In this document: positions 17,501-26,917 of the stretch, in pieces
How the letters are laid out: every line of letters begins with the position of its first letter
Position numbering within the stretch: position 1 is the first letter of the stretch
NCBI GenBank assembly: GCA_001782805.1
Contig: MFPT01000004.1
Span: 1-39,089, forward strand
Origin: Candidatus Magasanikbacteria bacterium RIFCSPHIGHO2_01_FULL_41_23
Lineage (GTDB): Bacteria; Patescibacteriota; Patescibacteriia; Magasanikbacterales; UBA922
DNA: 39,089 bases
Reading direction: 5' to 3'
Program-made: the position numbers and the translations under genes
The notes under the pieces: model-generated
Databases searched by the model: none
The model's input: only the letters and a program-made list of their open reading frames with translations
Told to the model about the DNA's origin: nothing

Positions 17501-19279
17501 TTAATCAGTAGAGCGAATATGCAAATCCCGCAGTTGACGATCATCAACCGTACTTGGACTGCCCATCATCGGCTCTTCGGCATGTTGATTTTTGGGAAAT
17601 GGAATCACCGCGCGGATATTTGGTTCACCCAAAAATAACATCAACAAACGATCAATTCCCGGAGCAAAACCACAATGCGGCGGCGCGCCATATTCAAACG
17701 CGTCAATCATGTGGCCGAATTTTTTGTTCACTGCGTCGCGCGTGTAGCCGGCTATTTCAAACGCGCGATACATAATTTCCGGATCTTTGTTGCGCACTGC
17801 GCCGGATGACAATTCCAAACCATTGGCAATAATATCATATTGATCAGCCAAAATAGTCAGCGGATCCTTGGAGTTAAGCGTATCAAGTCCGCCTTGAGGC
17901 AGAGAAAATGGATTATGCCCGAAATCAATAGCGCCGGCCTCACCGGAGATCCCTACTTTGTCGGGACTCCATTCATACATCGGAAAATCCACAATCCATG
18001 CCCACGCAATTACATTCGGATCAGCCAAATGTAATTTTTCCGCTGCCAATGTTCGCACCGCGCCCAAAACTTTGGAAGCAAGAAGCGGTTCATCGGCCAC
18101 AAAAAATAAAATATCATTGGTTTTTATTTTTAATTTATCACGCAATTCATTTAACTCTTCCGGTTTAAAAAATTTCACGATTGTTCCTTCAAAATCAGTC
18201 GTATATTTTAACCAAGCCAAACCTTTGGCTTTATTCCTTTTGGCAAGTTCAGTAAATTCTTCATCAATTTCTTTGCGCGTAAACTGCGCGCCGCTTGGCA
18301 CCACAATCACTCGCACAGCTTTCGCTTCTACAAAAACTTTAAAATCTGTATTTTTTGCCCAATCAGTCACGTCAACTATTTTCAAATCATAGCGTAAATC
18401 CGGACGATCGGTTCCATACGTATCCAGCACATACTGATACGGCAAACGCGGAAAGGGATTTTGTTGCACAATTTTGCCTGCCACTTTTTCCGTCAGTTCG
18501 ATAAACAGCGGTTCCATTAAATCAAAAAATTCATCGCGTTCCAGAAAACTGGTTTCCACATCAAGCTGGTAAAATTCTCCCGGACTGCGATCCGCACGCG
18601 GATCTTCGTCGCGCATGCACGGCGCGATTTGGTAATAGCGATCCATTCCCGCGACCATGAGTAATTGTTTGTATTGTTGCGGCGCTTGCGGCAGCGCGTA
18701 AAATTTCCCTGGATGAATCCGACTCGGCACCAAAAAATCGCGCGCGCCTTCGGGCGATGACACGGTTAAAATCGGCGTGGAAATTTCCAAAAAATCCCGC
18801 GCATCCATATACGCGCGGATATATTGAATCATTTTCGCGCGAAAAATTATATTATTTTTCAAGTGTTCGCGACGCAATTCCAAATAACGGTATTTCAAAC
18901 GCAATTCTTCATCTTCCTCTTCTTTGTGCGCGTCAAAAATTTCAAACGGCAAAGTTTTGGCTTGACTTAAAATTTCCAATTTCTGCGCTTTTAATTCAAT
19001 GGCTCCGGTCAGCAAATCTTTATTGACGGCTTCGGGAACGCGTGCCACGATTGTGCCTGTAACTTTAATAACATATTCGTATTTCAAAGTATCGGCCAAC
19101 GCAAAATTAGCCGTGATATCCGGATTAAACACAATTTGCGTAATTCCATATCGATCACGCAAATCTACAAAAATTAAGCCGCCGAGATTGCGGCGCTTAT
19201 GTACCCAGCCGGCAAGCGTGACTATTTTATCTACCTGTTCTGAACGAAGTTCGCCGCAAGTATTTGTACGATATGACAT
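17501..19279 (-). CDS. aspS: Aspartate--tRNA ligase
   Basis: YRTNTCGELR, FVDLRDRYG, PEGARDFLVPSR, ALPQAPQQYKQLLM and GAPPHCGFAPGIDR. Confidence 0.97.
   Translation of the reverse strand: MSYRTNTCGELRSEQVDKIVTLAGWVHKRRNLGGLIFVDLRDRYGITQIVFNPDITANFALADTLKYEYVIKVTGTIVARVPEAVNKDLLTGAIELKAQKLEILSQAKTLPFEIFDAHKEEEDEELRLKYRYLELRREHLKNNIIFRAKMIQYIRAYMDARDFLEISTPILTVSSPEGARDFLVPSRIHPGKFYALPQAPQQYKQLLMVAGMDRYYQIAPCMRDEDPRADRSPGEFYQLDVETSFLERDEFFDLMEPLFIELTEKVAGKIVQQNPFPRLPYQYVLDTYGTDRPDLRYDLKIVDVTDWAKNTDFKVFVEAKAVRVIVVPSGAQFTRKEIDEEFTELAKRNKAKGLAWLKYTTDFEGTIVKFFKPEELNELRDKLKIKTNDILFFVADEPLLASKVLGAVRTLAAEKLHLADPNVIAWAWIVDFPMYEWSPDKVGISGEAGAIDFGHNPFSLPQGGLDTLNSKDPLTILADQYDIIANGLELSSGAVRNKDPEIMYRAFEIAGYTRDAVNKKFGHMIDAFEYGAPPHCGFAPGIDRLLMLFLGEPNIRAVIPFPKNQHAEEPMMGSPSTVDDRQLRDLHIRSTD
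17943..17970. repeat. Family-2 palindromic element inside aspS
   Basis: CCGGAG-ATCCCTAC-TTT-GTCGGGA-CTCC, similar to the element at 27677-27702. Confidence 0.55.
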
Positions 19280-19459
19280 ATAAAAAAAGAGAGCTGATAA
19301 AAGCCTCTTCATTTTAGCGGTTTATGACAAATTTGGCAAATTCACGATTATTAAAAAACCTCTAAAATAAAAACCACCCATTTATAGGTGAAGTATATGT
19401 TTTGTCCGCGCCGTGTTTCGTCAACGCTGGAGCGAACAAAACACGGACACGGCACAGGA

Positions 19460-19750
19460 CTAGACCGGATCTGGAATCTGCACGAAACTTGGAAGAAGCT
19501 TCGACCAATCCGACCTGTTGAACGGCAACTTCTTGTAGATGGCCGGCTCAACTCGCACGTAAACTACGAAAAACTTGAGCTTCCCGATCACGTGCTGAAC
19601 CTTGGTGACGAGACCGATGTGAACAGGGTCGTCATCTTCGGTCCAAAACGTGATATTTTCCCCTTCACGGGGCTGGTGTTCAAGACCACCGATATCACGG
19701 CAGAAGAACTGCCGACTATCGATGTACACCACAAGAGTAAGCGTCGTCAT
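19460..19750 (-). CDS. Hypothetical protein (GC-rich orphan)
   Basis: GGAGGA SD upstream of ATG 19750, GC3-biased codons and a 3' hairpin. Confidence 0.6.
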   Translation of the reverse strand: MTTLTLVVYIDSRQFFCRDIGGLEHQPREGENITFWTEDDDPVHIGLVTKVQHVIGKLKFFVVYVRVEPAIYKKLPFNRSDWSKLLPSFVQIPDPV

Positions 19751-19939
19751 ACATCCTCCAGGTTTTGTGGCTATCACCACAAACGAAAAACATAGCGGTC
19801 AATTGTAAGCTAACAAGAGATTATCTAAATTGTCAAGCGGAGATATATTAAAACTCAAATAAATATTTACAATCAGCCACGATTCTGGTATAGATACATA
19901 TGCTCGTACAAATACGAGCAATCACAAGGAGAATGGTTC

Positions 19940-20284
19940 ATGACCACTTTGCACAAGGAAATGAGAATCGAGTTGCCACTTCCGGGTCGCAACTACGCCG
20001 CTTTCGGCTTCCTGGACGAGGGCGAGGAATCGGTCGATGCGAGCACCATGTTCGCCCGCACCGGAGGCAAGAACCGCGTGATCGCGGGTGACAAGGATTG
20101 GGAGTTGATCAAGGCTCATCTGCGATGGATCAACCCTACTCTCAAAGATTTCCACCTCGTCACGAAGCGAGATGCGGACGGCAGCCCTCGTTCCAACTGG
20201 GGTGGCGGTCACTCGTGGGACGAGTGGTATGGCATCGGCGATAAGTGGAACGCCGATGGTCTCGTTATCTGCTGTGTCGAATGA
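19940..20284 (+). CDS. Hypothetical protein with a Trp/Gly/Asp-rich C-terminus
   Basis: AAGGAG SD, GC3-biased codons and a long downstream hairpin. Confidence 0.7.
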   Translation: MTTLHKEMRIELPLPGRNYAAFGFLDEGEESVDASTMFARTGGKNRVIAGDKDWELIKAHLRWINPTLKDFHLVTKRDADGSPRSNWGGGHSWDEWYGIGDKWNADGLVICCVE

Positions 20285-20515
20285 GCTATCGGCACTTGGA
20301 GCCGAGAGGTCTTGGGTCTTTTGGGCTCTTGATCTCTCGGTTCCTCAATCAAAAAATTTTAAAATTCCTGCTAAGATATAAATCTAACGGGAATTTTTTT
20401 ATTTAATCCATCTTAAAATCATAAAAATTTATGAACTTAAGATGGATCTGTAAATTGCGGTTTACAGACCCCCCTTGTCCGAAACTCCGTCCGCAAACGG
20501 AATGCTTGACCCAAG

Positions 20516-21829
20516 CTAAAGCACTTTGTGTTCAGGCTTGAATTCTCGACCAATGGCGTAGGCCGAGATGTCCAACTGAACACCGTCGAGATCCATGGTG
20601 TTGCCACCGACTTCCAGCTTGTGCCGGACAATGCGAGCCGTAAACGGCGAGTGCATTGCTCCGTGGCCGGAAAAGCCGACAGCGTGAACCAAGTTCTTGA
20701 CGTGCTTGTCGTTGTCGATGAACGGGTTGTGGTCCGGAGCGTTGTCGTAAACCCCGCTCGTATGTTGAACCATTCCCAAATCACCGAGTACCGGAAGCCA
20801 CCCGGCGAGCTCGCGCCACATCTCGACAGCATAGCCGTCCAGATCATGTGCGCTAAAGCCCACGGGGACCTCGTCTTGGCACCTGTCCGGTGCCTCTGCT
20901 CGGTACGGATCTGTCCTCCTGATCCAGCCCAGGATCATCTTGTCACCACTCAGCTCAGGCCGACAGTAGGCTCCACAGTCAGTAGCCACGAATGGCCACT
21001 CTGAAAAGTCTACTGTAAGACCGTTTTTGCTGAGGTAGTAGACAAACACCTTTTTAGGCTCTATCTCCGGTTGGGGATAAAGACCTGGCGTGGACCAAAG
21101 TGCTTGGGTCTTCATTGTCCAAAGTCCTGTGGCATTGACTACGAAGTCGCAGGCCACATCAACTTTGTCGCCGTATCCCACGACATCTAGGTCGGTATTC
21201 CGAAGAACCTTCCTGGCATGCAGTCGTGTGATACGATCTCCACTCAAGTCCACTCCAAGGACTTCAGTGTTACGGTAGTGCACGACACCGAGTCTTTCCG
21301 CGACCTCGCATGCCGTGCTGTAGATGACTTCTGGTCTCATGAAGCCATCCGTCGGACACCAAGTGCCACCGAGAATATCGCGGCTCACATACGGAAATCG
21401 CGCGGCGACCTCCGTTTGAGTGAGAACCACGGCCTCGGTCAGACCACACTGGCGTTGTAGAGCATTTTCTGTCTGCGCAACCGTGAACTGTTCCGGATCA
21501 CGGTAGACAAACAGATAACCGCGGGGGAAATACGCTTGGTCGGTTTCGTAACGCGATGCGAAATCGCGTAGTTGCCGTACAGCGTACATCATTCCACGGA
21601 TAGTGCTCTCGGTGCTGAACTGTTGTCGACAAGCGGCAACAGAACGGCCAGAAGCACCATTGCCCGGAGACCCTTTCTCAATGAGAGTGACTTGGTAGCC
21701 CTGTTCGGCCAAATCCAAAGCCATGTACGAGCCGGTAATCCCTGCGCCCAGAACAGCGACATGGGGTTTACCGGCAATGTTAGGCATAACATTCACCTTC
21801 TTTGCCTTTTCTCGCACTGTTTTTGACAC
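20516..21829 (-). CDS. FAD-dependent oxidoreductase, DAO family (sarcosine oxidase beta / dye-linked proline dehydrogenase beta-like)
   Basis: GAGITG Rossmann motif, ASGRSVAACRQQFS, PTDGFMRP, YDNAPDHNPFI and GFSGHGAMHSP. Confidence 0.88.
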   Translation of the reverse strand: MSKTVREKAKKVNVMPNIAGKPHVAVLGAGITGSYMALDLAEQGYQVTLIEKGSPGNGASGRSVAACRQQFSTESTIRGMMYAVRQLRDFASRYETDQAYFPRGYLFVYRDPEQFTVAQTENALQRQCGLTEAVVLTQTEVAARFPYVSRDILGGTWCPTDGFMRPEVIYSTACEVAERLGVVHYRNTEVLGVDLSGDRITRLHARKVLRNTDLDVVGYGDKVDVACDFVVNATGLWTMKTQALWSTPGLYPQPEIEPKKVFVYYLSKNGLTVDFSEWPFVATDCGAYCRPELSGDKMILGWIRRTDPYRAEAPDRCQDEVPVGFSAHDLDGYAVEMWRELAGWLPVLGDLGMVQHTSGVYDNAPDHNPFIDNDKHVKNLVHAVGFSGHGAMHSPFTARIVRHKLEVGGNTMDLDGVQLDISAYAIGREFKPEHKVL

Positions 21830-21833
21830 TCGC

Positions 21834-23534
21834 TTAGCGCTGACTGAACTGAACGATGGCCTCCTCGAAGGTCATCTCTCGGCGTTCATCAGTGCGGCGA
21901 TTCTTGACTTCCACGATCCCTTCGTTAGCCCGACGGCCAACGATGATCTGGAAGGGGTAACCAATGAGATCAGCATCAGCGAACTTCGCGCCAATGCGGA
22001 TATCACGGTCGTCCAAGACCACCTCGCCAGTCCTGAGAAGCGACTGGTAAAGGGTCTCGGCGGCGGCGACCTGAGCAGAAGTAGCGGAAATGATCGCCAC
22101 TTTGTAGGGAGCCAGAGCCTCTGGCCAGATCATCCCTTTGTTGTCGTAGTTCTGTCGCTGTTCGATGGCCGCGGCCATGATGCGCGAAACACCAATGCCG
22201 TAGCATCCCATCCAGATGGTCTGGACAGTGCCGTTGACATCAGTGTACGTGGCGTTCATGGCTTCGGAGTACTTGCGGCCGAGCTGGAAGATGTGCCCGA
22301 CCTCAATCCCCTTTTGGATGCCGAGTTTTCCCTGTCCACACGCGGCACAGGTGTCTCCCACTTGTGCGTTACGCAAGTTGTAGAAACGCTCGGGCATGGC
22401 CAGATCACCACGACCAACGTTGACGTCAAGCCAGTGCTTATCCGTCTCGTTGCCACCGCAAAGGAAGTTATGGAGTCCCTTGACGGTTTCGTCGAAGTAG
22501 ATCGAACACTTGAGCCCGATGGGGCCGGCGAATCCGACTTGCGCACCAGTGGTTTCGATCACGATCTGGTCCGAGGCCAGCTCCAGCTCGGTTGCGCCGA
22601 GCAAGTTCTTGAGCTTGGTCTCGTTGATCACTTGATCACCACGAATGCAGACAGCGACGGCCTTGGTGTTGTCCACCCAATAGATGATCGTCTTGACCAT
22701 CTGCGCTCCGGAGATGCTGAACATCTGGGAGAGTTCCTCCACGGTTCTCGCGTTGGGAGTATCTTCCAGATGCGCGTCCTTCATGGTGACGGACTCGTCG
22801 TTCGCGGTGCAGAGTCCCACGGCCTTCTCTTGGTTGGCACCGTAGGAACACTGGTCGCACGAAACAACAAAATCCTCGCCTGTCTGAGCGAGTACCATGA
22901 ACTCTGCACTGCCAGTGCCGCCGATCGCGCCACTGTCAGCTTCCACCATGACGAAGTTGAAACCGCACCTCGTGAAGACACGGTTGTAGGCGTCGCGCAT
23001 GTCCGCGTAGGACTTGCGCATGCCCGCCTCGTCGAGATCGAAGCTGTAGGCATCCTTCATCAGGAACTCACGGCCGCGAATGATGCCCCCATGCGGGCGG
23101 ACTTCATCGCGGAACTTCGCGCCGATCTGGTAGAGGTTAACCGGGAGCTGACGCCACGAAGTCACGTTATCCCTTACGAGAGCCGTGACTGCCTCTTCGG
23201 CCGTCGGTGCCAGAGCCAGGTCTTGCCCCTTTCGATCCCGGGAAGTGAAGAAGGTACGAGACGCCGAGTAGACATCCCAACGCTTCGTCTCATCCCAGAT
23301 CTCGCGCGGTTGCAGGATGGGGAGACTGATCTCCACCGCTCCTGCCTGATCCATCTCTTCGCGCACGATGCGCGAAGCTTTTTGGATCACCCGCCAACCC
23401 AGATGGGCGTAAGTGTAGAGTCCTGCGGCCAATTGTCGGATGAACCCGGCGCGGACGAGGAGCTGATGGCTCGGAATCGTCGCGTCGCGTGGGTTCTCCC
23501 GCAATGTGCCGGGAACCAATTTTGAGACACGCAT
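21834..23534 (-). CDS. proS: Proline--tRNA ligase, bacterial type with INS editing domain
   Basis: SHQLLVRAGFIRQ, LAPTAEE, KFRDEVRP, REFLMKDAYSF, ADSGAIGG, GIEVGHIFQLG and MGCYGIGVSR; GAGGTG SD. Confidence 0.97.
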   Translation of the reverse strand: MRVSKLVPGTLRENPRDATIPSHQLLVRAGFIRQLAAGLYTYAHLGWRVIQKASRIVREEMDQAGAVEISLPILQPREIWDETKRWDVYSASRTFFTSRDRKGQDLALAPTAEEAVTALVRDNVTSWRQLPVNLYQIGAKFRDEVRPHGGIIRGREFLMKDAYSFDLDEAGMRKSYADMRDAYNRVFTRCGFNFVMVEADSGAIGGTGSAEFMVLAQTGEDFVVSCDQCSYGANQEKAVGLCTANDESVTMKDAHLEDTPNARTVEELSQMFSISGAQMVKTIIYWVDNTKAVAVCIRGDQVINETKLKNLLGATELELASDQIVIETTGAQVGFAGPIGLKCSIYFDETVKGLHNFLCGGNETDKHWLDVNVGRGDLAMPERFYNLRNAQVGDTCAACGQGKLGIQKGIEVGHIFQLGRKYSEAMNATYTDVNGTVQTIWMGCYGIGVSRIMAAAIEQRQNYDNKGMIWPEALAPYKVAIISATSAQVAAAETLYQSLLRTGEVVLDDRDIRIGAKFADADLIGYPFQIIVGRRANEGIVEVKNRRTDERREMTFEEAIVQFSQR

Positions 23535-23589
23535 ATTTCACCTCTGAAGTGAATGACAACACACCACCGTGGTGCTTGCCTTATTATTC

Positions 23590-23618
23590 AGACTAGCATG
23601 ACACGATTATCCAGTCAA
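23590..23618 (-). promoter_or_regulatory. Internal promoter for proS
   Basis: TTGACT (23618-23613), 17-nt spacer, TAGTCT (23595-23590). Confidence 0.55.
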
Positions 23619-23624
23619 TAAATC

Positions 23625-24434
23625 TTATTTAATCTGCTTTTTCAAAAAAATTGCTCTCTTATACGCCATCTTTGTCGCCTTTTTATATATTTTTGCTAAA
23701 TTACTGGGATCAATAATTTTAAAAGCGGCTTCAGTTGTTCCGCCTTTGGAAGTAACCTTATTTCTTAAAACACGAGCGTCTTCTTGGCTTCCTTTAAAAA
23801 GAAATCCGGCACCAATTATTGTTTGGACAACTAATTTTTTGGCCTGGATTTTATTGAAACCTAAAGCTCTGGCTGATTCAATCAAATGACTCGCAAAATC
23901 AAACACATATGCCGGCCCGCTCCCACTTATGGCCGTGGATGCATCAATACTTTTCTCAATCTTAACTTCCATTTCCTCACCTAATTGGGAAAATAATTGC
24001 TGTACGATTTTTTTTTGCTCCGGACTTATTATATCTGCTTTCCACACCGTCATCCCAAATCCAATTTGCGCCGGAGTATTGGGCATACATCGCACAATTT
24101 TTTTAGTGCCCAGTATTTTTTCAATCGTCTGAATGGAAACCCCGGCCATAATTGATACAAATACTTGATTCACAACAAAAGGTTTAATACTCTCCAACAT
24201 TTCTTTGGCTTGTTGCGGTTTAACTGATAACAAAACCACATCTTTATCAACCAATCCGTCTTTGTTATTTTCTGAAACACCAATTTTATATCTGTTTTTT
24301 AATTCTTCCAAACGCGGAATTATAGGAGAACAGGCCGTAATATCTTTGGGATCAACTTGTAAATTCTCAATAAATTGTTTAATGAAAACTTCTCCCATCA
24401 CTCCGGCGCCAACAATCCCGATTTTTTTAAACAT
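23625..24434 (-). CDS. proC: Pyrroline-5-carboxylate reductase
   Basis: GAGVMG, LSVKPQ, RCMPNTP, SGSGPAY and VTSKGGTT. Confidence 0.96.
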   Translation of the reverse strand: MFKKIGIVGAGVMGEVFIKQFIENLQVDPKDITACSPIIPRLEELKNRYKIGVSENNKDGLVDKDVVLLSVKPQQAKEMLESIKPFVVNQVFVSIMAGVSIQTIEKILGTKKIVRCMPNTPAQIGFGMTVWKADIISPEQKKIVQQLFSQLGEEMEVKIEKSIDASTAISGSGPAYVFDFASHLIESARALGFNKIQAKKLVVQTIIGAGFLFKGSQEDARVLRNKVTSKGGTTEAAFKIIDPSNLAKIYKKATKMAYKRAIFLKKQIK

Positions 24435-24436
24435 AT

Positions 24437-25501
24437 TTAAATAATAATTAAATCATCAACGTGAATAACTTCTTGATTATATATTTTTTCTTTTTTCAAT
24501 AACAATCCATGTAAATCATGGTAATTAATTTTTACCATACCAATTGCCAGTTGGTCTCCTTCCTCATCAAGGACATCAATTACTTCTCCTTTATTAAAGG
24601 TTCCGTAAATTTTGGTAACTCCCACGGCCAACAAACTTTTTCTTTTTTTAAGTGCCTCAGCCGCACCCGCATCTATTTTAATGGATCCCGTGGAAATTTT
24701 AGTTGACACCAGCCACCGATCACGATTTTTTAACAAAACTTTTTGATTGGGCAAGAAAATCGTGCCTTCGCATTCTCCATTAATTATTTTTTCAATGATT
24801 CTTTCTTTTTGACCATTGGCAATAACCATCGTAATACCAAAACACGAGGCTAAACGCAGCGCACGCAGTTTGGCAATCATGCCGCCGCTGCCATGTTGGG
24901 AAACATCAGTGTCACATTGACGCATCAGTTCTTTGGTCACATTTTCCACTTTGGAAATTAATTTTGCATCAGAATATCTACTGGGATCTTTATCAAATAA
25001 GCCATCAACATGAGACAAATTAATCACCATATCCGCCTCAATCGCGAGCGCAATGACTACGGCCAAACTATCATTATCTTTGTAACTGGCAACTGTGCCA
25101 TTCGTTACCGCATCGTTTTCATTTATCAAAGGCACAATGCGGTGCTTAAGCAAATCTTTTATCATACCACCCATATTGTGGTATGACTGCATATCAGCCA
25201 TGTCATTTTTCCCCAAAAGAATTTGGGCAATCAAAAGCGACTCTTTGGAAAATTCATCAGCATAAATAGAAGTTAGATACGTTTGCCCAATGGCCGCGTA
25301 TGCTCTTTTATTCAAATCAGTTTTATTTTTATGTAAAAATCTTCCGGCCGCCACTGCGCCGGAGGTAACAATAATTATTTCACAATTTTTGGTTTGTAAT
25401 AATTTTATTTCTTTAACGAATTTGGCAATGATCGCGCGATCAATATCACCGCTTTTTTTTATAAGTGTGTGCGTGCCAATTTTTACCACAATTCTTTTCA
25501 T
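24437..25501 (-). CDS. proB: Glutamate 5-kinase with PUA domain
   Basis: VVKIGT, VTSGAVAAG, PLINENDAV, DNDSLA, GSGGMIAKL and SLLAVGV. Confidence 0.96.
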   Translation of the reverse strand: MKRIVVKIGTHTLIKKSGDIDRAIIAKFVKEIKLLQTKNCEIIIVTSGAVAAGRFLHKNKTDLNKRAYAAIGQTYLTSIYADEFSKESLLIAQILLGKNDMADMQSYHNMGGMIKDLLKHRIVPLINENDAVTNGTVASYKDNDSLAVVIALAIEADMVINLSHVDGLFDKDPSRYSDAKLISKVENVTKELMRQCDTDVSQHGSGGMIAKLRALRLASCFGITMVIANGQKERIIEKIINGECEGTIFLPNQKVLLKNRDRWLVSTKISTGSIKIDAGAAEALKKRKSLLAVGVTKIYGTFNKGEVIDVLDEEGDQLAIGMVKINYHDLHGLLLKKEKIYNQEVIHVDDLIII

Positions 25502-25510
25502 AAAATCATT

Positions 25511-26794
25511 CTAACGAATTTGGCCTTGACCAAATACAATGTATTTTGTCACGGTCAATTCTTCCAATCCCATCGGTCCCATACCATGAATTTTGGAAGT
25601 GTTGATTCCTATTTCCGCGCCCAAACCAAATTCATTGCCATCAGTAAATCTGGTGGAAGCATTTACATACGTGGCCGCGCTATCTACGGAATTAATAAAT
25701 TTCCACGACTCATTATAATCTTCGGTAATTATACCATCAGCCAAATGAGTGCCAAAAGTATTGATATGATCAATCGCTTCTGACAAATCGTTTACAACTT
25801 TGATGGTTATTTTTAAATCCAGATATTCAGTCACCCAATCAGTGTCAGTCGCCGGTATTACATCGGGAATTATGGCCTGGGTTTTTTCACAGCCTCGGAC
25901 TTCAACTCCGACATCCCGCAGTTCTTTTATTAAATCAGGCAAAATAATATGTGCAATTGATTCATCAACCAAAACTTTTTCCAAGGAATTACAAGTTGAG
26001 GGATTGGAAACTTTGGCGTTACAGACAATTTTTTTGGCCATGGTCAAATCAGCGTTTTTGGATACATAAATATGCGTAATGCCTTGACGATGACTCAAAA
26101 CCGGCATGCGAGCATGCGCGCAAACCGCGTCAATTAATTTTTCTCCGCCGCGCGGTATCATTAAATCAATATATTTATCAAGTTTGGCCAATTCTGCCAC
26201 GGCCACATGATCAGTAACAGAAACCATTTGTAAAAAATCAGGGGAAATGCCAGCCGATTGTACGGCTTCTTTGATAAGATTAGAAAGAACAATATTGGTG
26301 TGCAAAGATTCTTTGCCACCGCGCAAAATACACGCATTTCCGGATTTTAAAGCCAAAGCCGCAATGTCCACTGTAACATTAGGGCGTGATTCATAAATAC
26401 AACAAATGACACCAATCGGAATGCGAATTTTCCCAATCCGCAAACCATTCGGCCGCACTGTCATTTTTACTACTTCTCCAATGGGATCGGGCAAATTAAT
26501 TATATCCATCACGCCTTTAGCTATGGCATTTATTTTTTCCGGTGTTAGCAACAATCGATTTTTTATTACATTACTCACCGTTGGATTATCAATCATGAGA
26601 GCATCCATGTCCAACCTATTCGCGTCAATAATTTTATTACTGTTTTTAAAAAGCGAATCAGCAATTTCTTTTAACGCGTGATTTTTCTGTGTTGTAGAAA
26701 TTGATCGTTGTTTGAATGATGCCAATTTTGCTTTTTTGGCTTGATCAAGAATTATCTGAGTAATATGTGTATTGTCCATAGATAAACGTATCAT
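25511..26794 (-). CDS. proA: Gamma-glutamyl phosphate reductase
   Basis: IYESRPNVT, LRGGKES, CNSLE (catalytic Cys), NASTRFTDGNEFGLGAEIGI and GPMGLEELT. Confidence 0.97.
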   Translation of the reverse strand: MIRLSMDNTHITQIILDQAKKAKLASFKQRSISTTQKNHALKEIADSLFKNSNKIIDANRLDMDALMIDNPTVSNVIKNRLLLTPEKINAIAKGVMDIINLPDPIGEVVKMTVRPNGLRIGKIRIPIGVICCIYESRPNVTVDIAALALKSGNACILRGGKESLHTNIVLSNLIKEAVQSAGISPDFLQMVSVTDHVAVAELAKLDKYIDLMIPRGGEKLIDAVCAHARMPVLSHRQGITHIYVSKNADLTMAKKIVCNAKVSNPSTCNSLEKVLVDESIAHIILPDLIKELRDVGVEVRGCEKTQAIIPDVIPATDTDWVTEYLDLKITIKVVNDLSEAIDHINTFGTHLADGIITEDYNESWKFINSVDSAATYVNASTRFTDGNEFGLGAEIGINTSKIHGMGPMGLEELTVTKYIVFGQGQIR

Positions 26795-26800
26795 TTTTAT

Positions 26801-26825
26801 AAAAACTCCAGAGTTTACTGGAGCT
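26801..26825 (-). terminator. Attenuator terminator hairpin in the pro operon leader
   Basis: AG-CTCCAG-TAAACT-CTGGAG-TTTTT, ending 6 nt before the proA ATG. Confidence 0.85.
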
Positions 26826-26850
26826 ATCTAATATATATGCAGAAACAACA

Positions 26851-26904
26851 CTATACTAGATAGCGCATTGGCGGAGGTACGATTTTATTTTTAAAAAATT
26901 TCAT
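26851..26904 (-). CDS. Putative pro operon leader peptide MKFFKNKIVPPPMRYLV*
   Basis: ATG AAA TTT TTT AAA AAT AAA ATC GTA CCT CCG CCA ATG CGC TAT CTA GTA TAG, between the promoter and the terminator. Confidence 0.85.
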   Translation of the reverse strand: MKFFKNKIVPPPMRYLV

Positions 26905-26917
26905 AAAGTTAATAAGA

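Noticed and set aside
19388-19795. 135-aa plus-strand ORF
   Set aside because: It is antisense to the minus-strand ORF that has the SD, promoter orientation and 3' hairpin; likely a shadow, though not formally excluded.
21723-23525. 600-aa ORF antisense to proS
   Set aside because: It is codon-registered with proS and has no recognisable motifs. The GC3-rich gene avoids TTA/CTA/TCA codons, which removes antisense stops, so this is a shadow ORF.
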